DNA of 45,191 nucleotides. It comes from a virus. Taxonomy: Duplodnaviria > Caudoviricetes. Shown piece after piece: positions 26,848-37,000 of the stretch (positions are counted from its first letter, which is position 1; the number at the start of each line of letters is the position of its first letter). The notes beneath the pieces were generated by a model that was given only the letters and a program-made list of their open reading frames with translations, made no database searches and had not been told where the DNA came from. A program made the translations under genes and the position numbers. The DNA is taken from the IMG/VR virus record IMGVR_UViG_3300031520_000007, positions 1-45,191 of that record, one strand, 5' to 3'.

Positions 26848-28740
26848 ATGATGCGAACGATCCTATTGGTGATGGTGCTGCTGCTGGTCGCCGAGCCAGT
26901 TTTGGCACAGACTGCGCCGCAATTCACGACGAACGGACGGCCGTCAAAGGCTGGCGATCCAATCAGTTTAGGCCAGACGCTATCAGCATTTGCAGGCAAA
27001 GCCGACAACGCTCGCTTGGACGCCGTAGCCGCGCACGCCCAAGCCGCCGAAGCTGGAATGCCGGACGCCGACAATGTGGTTGCTCGCGGCGCAGACGGGA
27101 CCGGCGTGTCGGATGCGACCTCTACGCTGCGACTATCACAAGCCAGCGGCAAGACGGTCTATCTGCCTGCGGGCAGATACCGCTTGACCGACACACTCAC
27201 CCTCTCGCCGGGCCAATGCCTCGTGGGCGAGGGCCGGACGCGCTCTGTCATCAAGGTCGGCGCCGACTTCAACCCAGGCGCCGCAGCTATCATCGTTGCC
27301 GCGGCAGTCGAAACCGGCGCATGTATCCATGACGTCGGGATTGAGTTCGCCCAGCCGAACGATCAGGGTAGTCGCGCCAGTTTTAAGACTCTGGCCCAAA
27401 GCTGTAGCACTGGCGCAGGAGGCTCGGGCTGCAAGTATCCGCCGGCCATCATCGCTCCTGGCGCGGCGCGGGCGCAGTTTGAGCGGGTCCGCATTTCGGG
27501 TGCTTGGGACGGGGTGATCCTGACCGGCAACGCGGGCGGGCTGCTGGCAAGCGACCTTGAGGTGGGGGCGCTAAACACGGGCCTCTTTATGGATGGCGGC
27601 CTCGATTTCTGCCACGTCTCGGGCTATCACTTCTGGCCGTTTGGCTTGGCAACGGGCGCGCTTTACACGGGAGTTTTTTCCGATGGTTTCGTAACTGCGG
27701 CTAATCTTGGCCAGTGCGATGACTGGGACATCCGCGGTCTGTCGAGCTTCATGGGGCAGGTCAACTTGCTGGCGAACGCAACGCAAGGCGGCATCGTCAA
27801 CCTGCTGCTGGATGGCGACAACGCCAATCTGAACATTTTCGGCGGCTTCTGGAACATCTCCAACCTGACCAGCACCAAGGGCACGACTTCGCCCAATCCG
27901 GCTATCACCGTCACTGGCGGCGCAACGACGATCACGGGGGTGGATCTACGGAGCACCAGCCCGAACGCGCTGATTTTTCAGAGCGGCGGCATCCTCAAGG
28001 TTGCGCACGGCAGGGTGAACCAGAACAACGTCACCACCTCTGCTGTCCTGCAAACCGGCGGACGGATGGCGCTGGACGGGTTGAACATGGCGCCTGGTGC
28101 CGGTGTGTGGACGCAGCCTTATGTCTCCAGCACAGCCACGGAGTTCTCCCTGCGGAACTCGTCTTGGGACCAGAAAGGGGCATCAACCGGCACCGGCGTG
28201 CAGCTCGGCGTCGATAGCATCGCTGACTATGTGCAAGGGAATGACTTCGGCGGCTGGGGGTTTGTGCCGTTCGGCGGCGGCACAATCGGCACCTACGGCC
28301 CAAACAAGGTGGGTGTGTTCGGGTTCACGCCATCACTGCATCCAACGACGCCCGGCACATGGGCGCCCTCGTACAGCTTGCAGAACGGGCGCTATTGGTA
28401 TCGCGGCGACGGCATTGAGTTTGAGATGCACCTTGTGTTCTCGACCAATGCCTACGCCGGCGCCGCCGGCGGCATGGTGATCACCGGGCTACCCTTTGCC
28501 TCAGCGCCAAGCTCCAACGCTGCTGGCGATGGCAACACCACTGCGGTGACGAGCCAATCCAACGTGGCGCTTGACGCCGGCTACACGGGGATTGTGGTCC
28601 AGATGCAGTCCCCGCCCACCAATGTGGTGCTGAGCGAAAGCGGGGCCGGGGTGCCGCTGACCGGCATGGGGGCAGGCAGCTTCCCGCCCTCGCGCGCCGG
28701 CTTTGAACTGTCGCTGCACGGCTTCATTCCGACCAACTAG
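26848..28740 (+). CDS. Tailspike-like pectin-lyase-fold (beta-helix) protein with apparent signal peptide
   Basis: GADGTGVSDAT...GKTVYLPAGRYRLT.TL....GQCLVGEG motif. N-terminus MRTILLVMVLLLVAEPVLAQ. Confidence 0.8.
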   Translation: MMRTILLVMVLLLVAEPVLAQTAPQFTTNGRPSKAGDPISLGQTLSAFAGKADNARLDAVAAHAQAAEAGMPDADNVVARGADGTGVSDATSTLRLSQASGKTVYLPAGRYRLTDTLTLSPGQCLVGEGRTRSVIKVGADFNPGAAAIIVAAAVETGACIHDVGIEFAQPNDQGSRASFKTLAQSCSTGAGGSGCKYPPAIIAPGAARAQFERVRISGAWDGVILTGNAGGLLASDLEVGALNTGLFMDGGLDFCHVSGYHFWPFGLATGALYTGVFSDGFVTAANLGQCDDWDIRGLSSFMGQVNLLANATQGGIVNLLLDGDNANLNIFGGFWNISNLTSTKGTTSPNPAITVTGGATTITGVDLRSTSPNALIFQSGGILKVAHGRVNQNNVTTSAVLQTGGRMALDGLNMAPGAGVWTQPYVSSTATEFSLRNSSWDQKGASTGTGVQLGVDSIADYVQGNDFGGWGFVPFGGGTIGTYGPNKVGVFGFTPSLHPTTPGTWAPSYSLQNGRYWYRGDGIEFEMHLVFSTNAYAGAAGGMVITGLPFASAPSSNAAGDGNTTAVTSQSNVALDAGYTGIVVQMQSPPTNVVLSESGAGVPLTGMGAGSFPPSRAGFELSLHGFIPTN

Positions 28741-28829
28741 GCACAGCTCCGTTTGGCGCGATCTGCGCTGCCTGGTTTTTAACTTCCATCTCATCGCAGA
28801 CCTGACCGTCCCTCAGAGGAGCCACGCCC

Positions 28830-30248
28830 ATGCTCGTCCATTCCGCCCCTGGCATTACCAACATCCGGCCTGACACCCACGCGGTCCTGCCGGCAGCCGG
28901 CGCTGATGTGCCGGACACTGCTTGGTGCCTTCGTGGCATCAAGAGCGGCGACTTGCTTGCGGGACCGGGCACGACCCCCGCGCCCAGCCCGACCCCTACG
29001 CCGACCCCAAGCCCGACACGCTCCCCGACGCCTTCGCCCACTCCCACGCCGACCCCCACCGGAACGCCCTACACCCTCCCCATCGCCACCTCGTCCGCAC
29101 TCGGTGGCGTAAAGGGCGGCGGCAACGTCACCATCGGCGCAGACGGTACGCTAAACAGCGCAACCGGCGGCGGCGCTGCCTTCACCCTGCCAGCGGCAAC
29201 GGCGGGCGCGCTCGGCGGGATCAAGGTCGGCGCGAACCTGACCGTGGGCGCGGACGGCACCCTGTCCGGCCCGGCGCCAAGCGGCGCCCCCTATACGCTC
29301 CCGCCGGCGACCGCATCGGCCCTGGGCGGCATCAAGGGCAGCGCCAGCCTGACGATAGCTGCTGACGGCGCAGCCACGGTGCCCGCTGACGCAACGCGAC
29401 TGGCCAAGGCCGCCAACCTGTCCGACCTCGCCAGCGCGGCCGCGGCACGCACCAGCCTGGGCCTGGCAACCGTCGCGGCGACCGGCGCATATACCGACCT
29501 CTCGGGCAAGCCGACGATCCCCGCGGCGCCCGCTGCCGCCACGTCGTCAGCTATCGGCCTGGTCAAGCCGGGCACGGGCCTGATCGTTGCGGCTGACGGC
29601 ACACTCTCCACGAATGGAACTGGCGGAACTGCCTACACCCTCCCGGCAGCGTCCAGCGCGGCGCTCGGCGGTGTCAAGGTCGGCGCAAACCTCACCGTGG
29701 CCGCAGACGGCACGCTATCCGGCCCGGCGCCGGGTGGCAGCTCCTACACCCTGCCCACGGCCACCGCTACGGCACTGGGTGGTGTGAAGGCTGGTGGCGG
29801 CCTTGCAGTGGCGGCGGACGGCACGCTGTCCACGACCGGAACCGGGGGCACGGCATATACCCTGCCTGCGGCCACTGCGGGCGCGCTCGGCGGCGTCAAG
29901 GCTGGTTCTGGCCTTGAGGTCGCCGCAGACGGCACGTTGTCTGTGCCAGCGGCGGCTGGCGTCACCATCCGCACCGTGATCGCCGCCGGTCCGGTCACGG
30001 TCCTAGCCAGCGACGCAGGCGGTTTCCTCGTCATCAACAAGACGACCGGCGAGCCAACACCCGTCATCTTGCTCGACGGCGTGCGCGTGACGATCAAAGA
30101 CGGCAAGGGCGATGCGGCCACGAACAACATCACGCTGACCCCGCCGGCCAACGGTTCCCTTGATGGCCAGCCGACGTTCGTCATGTCCAGCAACTATGAT
30201 GCGTTCGGCGTTCTGCCGTTGGGCAGCGGGAAGTTCGGCATCTACTGA
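28830..30248 (+). CDS. Fibre protein: DUF2635-like N-domain, PT linker, ~7 YTLPAAT..ALGGVK repeats, C-terminal beta domain
   Basis: Direct reading of the translation; also contains the LAKAANLSDL...AARTSLGL fibre motif. Confidence 0.8.
   Translation: MLVHSAPGITNIRPDTHAVLPAAGADVPDTAWCLRGIKSGDLLAGPGTTPAPSPTPTPTPSPTRSPTPSPTPTPTPTGTPYTLPIATSSALGGVKGGGNVTIGADGTLNSATGGGAAFTLPAATAGALGGIKVGANLTVGADGTLSGPAPSGAPYTLPPATASALGGIKGSASLTIAADGAATVPADATRLAKAANLSDLASAAAARTSLGLATVAATGAYTDLSGKPTIPAAPAAATSSAIGLVKPGTGLIVAADGTLSTNGTGGTAYTLPAASSAALGGVKVGANLTVAADGTLSGPAPGGSSYTLPTATATALGGVKAGGGLAVAADGTLSTTGTGGTAYTLPAATAGALGGVKAGSGLEVAADGTLSVPAAAGVTIRTVIAAGPVTVLASDAGGFLVINKTTGEPTPVILLDGVRVTIKDGKGDAATNNITLTPPANGSLDGQPTFVMSSNYDAFGVLPLGSGKFGIY
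29070..29950 (+). repeat. Seven imperfect coding repeats with a ~30-aa core (YTLPxATxxALGGVKxGxxLxVAADGTLS)
   Basis: Visible in the translation of 28830-30248. Confidence 0.85.
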
Positions 30249-30304
30249 TGGCCTATTCCCGGCTCCGCTCTAGCTGCGCCGCGCCATAGCTGGAGGAGTC
30301 CGCT

Positions 30305-30493
30305 ATGGCGTACTCAACAAAAGCACTGACCGCGGCAGAAGCTGCATCTGCAGAAGTGGACGCCCTCCGCGCCGAGCTGATTGCCGCGGGCCTGCTGAGC
30401 GATCTTTCGTCGCCGCTGCTTAGCCCCATTGATGGCGCCCGTCTGCTTAGCCCCATTGATGGGTCGCCCCTCCTCTCGCCCACTGGAGCCTGA
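30305..30493 (+). CDS. Small protein: 31-aa helix shared with 34082-38722, plus LLSPIDG repeats
   Basis: GGAGGAG RBS. The 20-nt direct repeat CTGCTTAGCCCCATTGATGG occurs at 30416 and 30443. Confidence 0.75.
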   Translation: MAYSTKALTAAEAASAEVDALRAELIAAGLLSDLSSPLLSPIDGARLLSPIDGSPLLSPTGA

Positions 30494-30496
30494 ACC

Positions 30497-31780
30497 ATGC
30501 GGATTTTGGCAGCTTTCCTTGTTCTGCTGCCTGGCGTGGCCGCAGCTCAGACGCCGCACGGGCTGACCGGACCCGAGGTGCTCTACAGCCTGACGCACCC
30601 CAGCCCGACTGTGCTACCGTCCACTGTGCTGCCAACTGGACCGGGCGGGGTGCAGTTGCTGGACAGCACGGGCAGCTTCGTTGTGGCACCGAGCGTTGCG
30701 GTCCAGGCATCGACCCATGCGAATGATTTTGCGGTCAGCTCAATCACTGCATTGTCCGATACGATCAAGCAAAGCACCACTGTCTATGGCGCTGCAATGC
30801 TGTCGCTGCTCGATGTTTTGCCTGGCGGCCATACGGGTGCGCGCGATGGGCTTGTCAGCGAGGTCCGGTTGAACGGGCCATCTTTGCCTGCCAGCGGCAA
30901 TCGAAACTACGTTGGCGGCTATTTTCGTGGGGTTGCCAACAGTGGCGACGGCGGCACCCTGGCCGCCCCGCTCGGTGCGGTCTTCGGCGCCAATCCGGTC
31001 GCCCAGTGCGCGCCAGGCGCAACCTTCCTTCTAGACTGCACAGCCGCCGAGAACGATGTCGGGCTTTATGCCGGTGCCAGCGCGGCATTTCGGACGGGTC
31101 AACGCATCGCGTCCTTTGGCACGGTAAAGGCGACCACACTGGATGCGGCACTCGCAATCACAACCCTGGATAGCGGTTCGACTGGGTTCAATCGGGGAAT
31201 CGTCTTCAGTAAGCTGGGCGGCCCCAACCCGGTCGATGGGATACTGATCTCTGGCGCTGGAACCGGGGCGACTGCTGTCGGGGGCCTTGATTTTACGGGA
31301 TACACATTCTCCGGCTACTCACTCGCTCTTCCTGGCGGCTTTATCGTCTCACCCACGGGCTTGCTTACCAACGGAGGCATCACGACGGGCTCCGTTGCGA
31401 TGTCTGGCACGCTAACGGCACCTTTTATACGGGCAACCGCAGCCGCGATTCCTAAAGTCATATGGAATGGAACGGGCAATGGGACGGACTTGAAGAAATG
31501 GCAGTCCTACGTTCAGACTAACGGCAACTTTGAAATAACGAGCTTGAATGATGCAGAAAACGCTGCTGTCCTTGCCATGAGTATCTCTCGGAATACTGAC
31601 GGTTCCGTCGGTTTTGTCTCATTTCCTCCCAAGGTTCTGGCTAATAATGGCATAACCGTCACCGGAACGGCGCAGGCTGACCAGTTCAATTCCAACGGCA
31701 TATTTGGAGTGAGTTGTGCGGCTGGATCGGTGAGCGCGTCCACGATGGTCGTGACCAACGGCATCGTCACTCACTGCTGA
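30497..31780 (+). CDS. Fibre/spike-like beta-rich protein with apparent signal peptide
   Basis: MRILAAFLVLLPGVAAAQ; Gly/Thr-rich; C-terminal GVSC...VTNGIVTHC. Confidence 0.7.
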   Translation: MRILAAFLVLLPGVAAAQTPHGLTGPEVLYSLTHPSPTVLPSTVLPTGPGGVQLLDSTGSFVVAPSVAVQASTHANDFAVSSITALSDTIKQSTTVYGAAMLSLLDVLPGGHTGARDGLVSEVRLNGPSLPASGNRNYVGGYFRGVANSGDGGTLAAPLGAVFGANPVAQCAPGATFLLDCTAAENDVGLYAGASAAFRTGQRIASFGTVKATTLDAALAITTLDSGSTGFNRGIVFSKLGGPNPVDGILISGAGTGATAVGGLDFTGYTFSGYSLALPGGFIVSPTGLLTNGGITTGSVAMSGTLTAPFIRATAAAIPKVIWNGTGNGTDLKKWQSYVQTNGNFEITSLNDAENAAVLAMSISRNTDGSVGFVSFPPKVLANNGITVTGTAQADQFNSNGIFGVSCAAGSVSASTMVVTNGIVTHC

Positions 31781-31871
31781 CTGCGGACGCCGAACGCTCC
31801 TGCCCAACGGCACGCTTCGCACGGCCGGTGTCGTCGTGGCCAGCACTCAGCCCTAATCCCGGAGAACCCGC

Positions 31872-34082
31872 ATGGCATTCCACCTCACGACGGCTGCCGA
31901 GGTCGGCAAGCTGCTTAATTTCACGTCCAACGATCTGATTGCGCTCAAGGCGCTCGCGGGCGGCGGCACGCCCAGCAGCGGCACCGTGTCATCCGGCTCC
32001 AACGCTCTAAAACTGAACAGCACAGGCACCGCCACTACGCCGCACCAGGATGCGTTCCTGTCGGCGTCGCTGGCGTCGCTGGATATCCGGGTTAAGCTGT
32101 CAACCGACAACCTTAAATCCAGCACTGGTTTTGCTCGGCTGGTAAGTTGTTTTGGTGCTGATGGTAGCGGATGGATGTTCGGTTGTCAATTTGACGGCAA
32201 CTTGGGGTTCATCTACGCAAACGCGGCGGGAAATGGCATCGTATTTCCATATACGGGGGCCGGAGCTATAGCCGTTTCTCTCACAACCGATACCTGGGTC
32301 CGAATGACCTATGCGTTTTCTGGAACCGGGTCTGGCGTAGTGACGATGTACTCTAGTGCGACTAATTCAAACTATGTTCAAGCAGGCGACCCGCAAACCG
32401 TAGCCGTCGGTTCAGCAACACTAAAAATTGGCACCGCGCCATTGCAAATCGGCCCATCGCCCGATGGCCTGGTTTCTTCCAGCATGGTTATCAAAGGCGC
32501 GCAAGTTATCGCCAACGGGGCAACCGTTGTAGACGTAGATTTCACAAGTGCTGCGGTCGGCGCAACCTCTGTAACAGCATCTACGGGCCAGGTGTTTACG
32601 CTTAATGCCCCGGCGGCAATTGCCGCATCGTCCAGCGTTAGCGCTGCGCCAGCACCTACCCCCGCGCCTACCCCGACACCCGCCCCAGCGCCCGCGTCGA
32701 ACGTCTCGATCACCTACACCGGCCCGCTGACGATAGTCGCAACGCCGGTTCCGGCCACCGCCACTCTGATCGGCACCTATTGCCCGAACAACACCCAGGA
32801 AATCGCGGACTACCAGACCTGGTTGGGCAAGGCGCCGGATCTGGCATCGGTCCATACCGGGCAGGGTAGCGCCAGCGATTTCATTGGCTCAATTGACTAC
32901 TGCCTCGGCAGCAACGGCTATTCTGGCACGAAATGCGTGTCCGTACCGCTGATCTGGAATGGTGCCACGCTAGAGGCGGCTGCGGCTGGCACCTACGATG
33001 ATCTTTACAGACAGGCAGCGGCAAAAGTCGTTTCCGCTCTTGGCAACCAGTCTGTCATCTATGTCCGCACCGGCTGGGAGCACAACCTGTACGGACAGAT
33101 GCCGTGGGCGTCGAATGGCAAAGAGGCCGCATTCCGCGGCGGGTTCCAGCGGTTCTACACCATATTCAAGGCCGCAAGCCCGAAGATTATGGTTGTCTAC
33201 GGGCCGAACATCGGCGGCGACGACTGGCGCGTGACGTATCCAGGACGCGCCTATTGCGATCTGATCGGGATGGACTTCTACCACTACCCAGAGTTTGGCG
33301 CACCTAGCGATCCCTATCTCGCCTGGGATTTCATGTTGACGCAGCAGTATGGGTTGAATGACCTTGTAGCGTTCGCCACCGCGGAGGGTAAGCCAATCTG
33401 CATCCCGGAATGGGGCATTCGGCTTGATGATTTCGGCCCGTATATCAAGCTCTACTATCAGTGGTGCATCACCAACAACGTCGTGTATTCCAACTACTGG
33501 GACAGCGACGGCGCATATCCGAGCAAGCTGAGCGAAGGCAGCCGGCTGCTATCGAACGGGGCAGCATATCGTCATTACTACAATCCGGCGAAATACCCGA
33601 CTGAGCCTTTCGTGCAGATTAACCTTATGGCCGGGGCGCAGGATATTGCCAACACGGGCACTTGGTTCAATGGCTATATCGGGAACGGCACAGTAAGCCG
33701 CGCCCCGAACTCTCTGGTGTTCGACGGCGGCGGAAATGCTCAGGGCAATCAGCAGATCAGTTGGATTCAGAACACTGCCCCGGTCGGTAATTACCTGTTC
33801 GCAGCCACGCTGACCCGTACCGCTGGCACGGATACCGTCTCGGCCTGGGTCGTGGATCAGAGCGGCAACAACATCACAACCTTGGACCTAGACACCGCGA
33901 AGCTGCCGGCGAATGTAGCAACGCGGGTTGCGATACCGGTCCCCATCACGGTCCGGCAGAACCGCTGCGATGTGCGGTTCTACCATGGGCAGGCTGGCAC
34001 AGTAACGATCAAGGCGACGGACCTCGGCTTCTTTGAGGACACCATCGCCGATCCCACACCTCACGCAGGCGGAGCTGTATAA
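31872..34082 (+). CDS. Modular protein: LamG/ConA-like domain, PT linker, GH26-like glycoside hydrolase, C-terminal beta-sandwich
   Basis: GH26-type motifs AAAGTYD, VRTGWEHN, YPG..YCDLIGMDFY, GKPICIPEWG. Confidence 0.8.
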   Translation: MAFHLTTAAEVGKLLNFTSNDLIALKALAGGGTPSSGTVSSGSNALKLNSTGTATTPHQDAFLSASLASLDIRVKLSTDNLKSSTGFARLVSCFGADGSGWMFGCQFDGNLGFIYANAAGNGIVFPYTGAGAIAVSLTTDTWVRMTYAFSGTGSGVVTMYSSATNSNYVQAGDPQTVAVGSATLKIGTAPLQIGPSPDGLVSSSMVIKGAQVIANGATVVDVDFTSAAVGATSVTASTGQVFTLNAPAAIAASSSVSAAPAPTPAPTPTPAPAPASNVSITYTGPLTIVATPVPATATLIGTYCPNNTQEIADYQTWLGKAPDLASVHTGQGSASDFIGSIDYCLGSNGYSGTKCVSVPLIWNGATLEAAAAGTYDDLYRQAAAKVVSALGNQSVIYVRTGWEHNLYGQMPWASNGKEAAFRGGFQRFYTIFKAASPKIMVVYGPNIGGDDWRVTYPGRAYCDLIGMDFYHYPEFGAPSDPYLAWDFMLTQQYGLNDLVAFATAEGKPICIPEWGIRLDDFGPYIKLYYQWCITNNVVYSNYWDSDGAYPSKLSEGSRLLSNGAAYRHYYNPAKYPTEPFVQINLMAGAQDIANTGTWFNGYIGNGTVSRAPNSLVFDGGGNAQGNQQISWIQNTAPVGNYLFAATLTRTAGTDTVSAWVVDQSGNNITTLDLDTAKLPANVATRVAIPVPITVRQNRCDVRFYHGQAGTVTIKATDLGFFEDTIADPTPHAGGAV

Positions 34083-37000
34083 TGGCGTTTTCAAACAAGG
34101 CTCTGACCGCGGCTGCCGCCGCATCCCAAAAGGCCGACGCCCTGCGCGCCGAGCTGATCGCGGCGGGCGTGCTGCACACCGTCGCGACTTCCTACACGGT
34201 CGCCCTGGCGTCCAGCACGGGCATCGTTGGTACGGCGGTCAACTTCACCGCAACCCCCGTGGGCGGCGGCTGGCCCGCGGGCGAAACGCTATCGCCGGCC
34301 CTCGGCGGCATCGCGGGCACGTTCAGCCCGCAGACGGCATCGCCTGCCGCGGGCAGCACGACGCCGGCCACCTTCGCGCTGACGCCGGGTGCGGCCGGTG
34401 CGGGGACGGTCACGGTGACGGCCAGCCCGAGCATGGGGACGCCGGCCGGGGTGCAGATCACGGTGTCGGCGGCTGCTCCGGTCGCGCTGCCGACGATCAC
34501 CACCACGACCAGCGGCGCTACCTTCGTAGCAGGTGCTGCGGCGGGCGTGGTCGTGGCCACGCTGTCCGCGCCGCCAGCAGGCGCTACCCGCGCGCTGCTG
34601 CCTGGCGATGGGAGGCTGGTGCTGAACAGCGCTGGAACGGCCATCGTCGTGGGCATGACGGCGGCCAGCGCCGGCACGATCAGCGCCACTGTGAAGGACA
34701 CCAAGAGCGGGAGCGCGGACAGCCCCGTGCTGACGGTGCCGGTCACGGTGACGGTGGCGCAAAGTGTGCCGCCGCCCGCGGCCACCCCAACCAACGGCGC
34801 CACCCTGCACAGCTTCAACTTCGTCAACTGGGGCACCGCATCCAGCGTCGGCATGGCGCGGCAGGGTGTCGTGTTCAAACCAGGTGCGATCCCGGCGGGC
34901 AGCTCGGTCAAGGTGCAGCGTGCCGGCGCCGACGTGGCCGTGCAGTTCAACGAGCGCCGCAGTTGGCCGGATGGCTCGCTGGCCTTCGCGGTCATGCACA
35001 TCCGCGACACGCCTTTGGCCGCCGGCGTGCGGCAGGCATACAACCTCGTGCTGGTGCTCGGCGCGCCGTTCACCGATGTGGCCGGCACCACGCCGGACCA
35101 AATCGCCGCTGGCCATGCGTTCAGCATGACCTTCGCGAACCATACCAGCCAAAACGACACGACCACGACCCCTGTCGGCTCCGGCACCTCGACGGCCAGC
35201 CTTGCCACGCACATGGCCACCGCGACCCGGCGCGAGGCGCACCACGTCGGCCCCGTGTGCGACGGCGCGGTGTGCTGGGGCATGGTGCAGGACGCCACGG
35301 GAGGCACCCTGGATGCCCACCTCAAGGTCAACTGGGAGGTGGACCGCTGGAAGAACGTCGATGGCTCCACCTACGCAATAGAGATCGCGTGCCAGCCAGC
35401 CCAGGATTGGTATGACGTCGCGGGCAAGACCCGGCGGAACTACGACGCGACGTTGCTTGACGGTGCGACGACTATCGAAACCTATGCCGCAGTCCCGCAC
35501 ACCTATAACTGCTCATGGGTCACGGTCCAGAACAGGGGCGGCTTCAACCGTGGGCGAGCGCACTGGGTCGGTGGAGCATGCCCCACGCTGTCCTATGAGC
35601 CTGACCGCGCTTACTGGATCGCCGCTGGTTTCGTGGCGCCGCTGAACCTAACCCGTCAGCGCACGCCGATGGCGTCTCCTGGAGGCGGCGCCGGCAACGC
35701 AGTCTATCTGCCCATGTCCAACCAGGAGCACCGTCCCAGCATTGACGGCACCGGCGCCTACATGGGCCGCGGTGTGATGCCCAACTGCGACAACCTGGCG
35801 TTCCTCTCGCAGTCGCCGTCCGACGTGGCCATCGCGCGTATCAACGCCAAGGCTGGGCAGCATGTGTTCTGGCACCACCGCAGCGCGCACCAGCGCACCC
35901 GGCCAGGCGAGGCCGCAGATGTGGCGAACACCATCGTTGCCCTCAGCATGGCCGGTCCTGCGACCCTGCCGGCCTTTGACTTTACGGCCCAGGGGCTACC
36001 GGCCCCGATTGACGCCTATTGCGACACACGCAACGATCCAGCTTTCAAGGGCAACTACGTCGTCCCACAAGGGGGCAGGGTTTATTTCGACACGAGCTAT
36101 GGTGATGGGATAGCAGGCGGAAACTCCCGCTCGAATGATGCGAGCCATGCGGTCAACTTCTGCTATTTCATGTATCTACTTGAGGGCAAGAGATACGACC
36201 TAGAGGCTACTCTTGATCTCGCACAGAATACGCTGCATCAGGGAACCAACCCCCTAAACAACCCATATGTCATATGGGAATACGGCAGCGGCACCATTTG
36301 GCACGCCGTCACTCAGTTTGCCACCGGCGAGGAACGTAATACTGGATGGGCACAAAACCTGGTTTTCCATGCTGCCGGGGTCGTGCCAGATAGCCATCCT
36401 GCAAGCCCGTATTTCAAGCGGCTGGTTCAGCAGCAGGGGCTTTATATAAAGGCCACATTAGATGGGATGCCGCCGGATTGGAAATTGTCCGGCGTTCACC
36501 CTTGGACAGACAGCGCCGGTGTTCACACCTGCTGGGAACTCGCGTTCTGTGCCTTGGCTGCCTATAGCGGCTGGCGCTTGACCAAGGACACAAATATCAG
36601 AGCTTGGGCGGACTACACATCGCAATGGGCCATCAACAATGTGCGGGACCGCATCTCGCAAATTAGGGAATACCGGGGGTCAAACCAGCACAATCCTGGG
36701 GTGGGGTATAACATTAGAACCAACCCATATTATACCGGGTCGCTTGAGATTGACGAACCTACCGCCAACGCAGCCGCAGCTACCGGCATTCTGACAATTA
36801 CCAAAGGCTATCTGCCGGATAACGGTGCGATCCTGTATGCATCAGCAAAAAACTATGCCACGGGTGATACCATCGTCCCACCTGAACTTACCAGAAGCAC
36901 GCCATATTATGTGCGTGACGGGTCAGGCACCACATTCCGGTTGGCGGCCTCTCCTGGCGGCATCGCGATCAGTTTTGCGGCTGACAGGACCGAAATCCAT

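Noticed and set aside
28970-30470. Repeats as a CRISPR array or DGR template/variable repeats
   Set aside because: The repeats are in-frame coding repeats with synonymous variation. There is no constant repeat-spacer period, and no cas or reverse transcriptase gene in the window.
34033-35500. Long alternative-frame and antisense ORFs (e.g. 34033-35415 +, 34192-35370 -, 34289-35500 -, 8571-9590 -, 11319-12308 -)
   Set aside because: Shadow ORFs expected in high-GC coding DNA. They are Arg/Gly-rich or mirror the sense protein, and they overlap well-supported genes.
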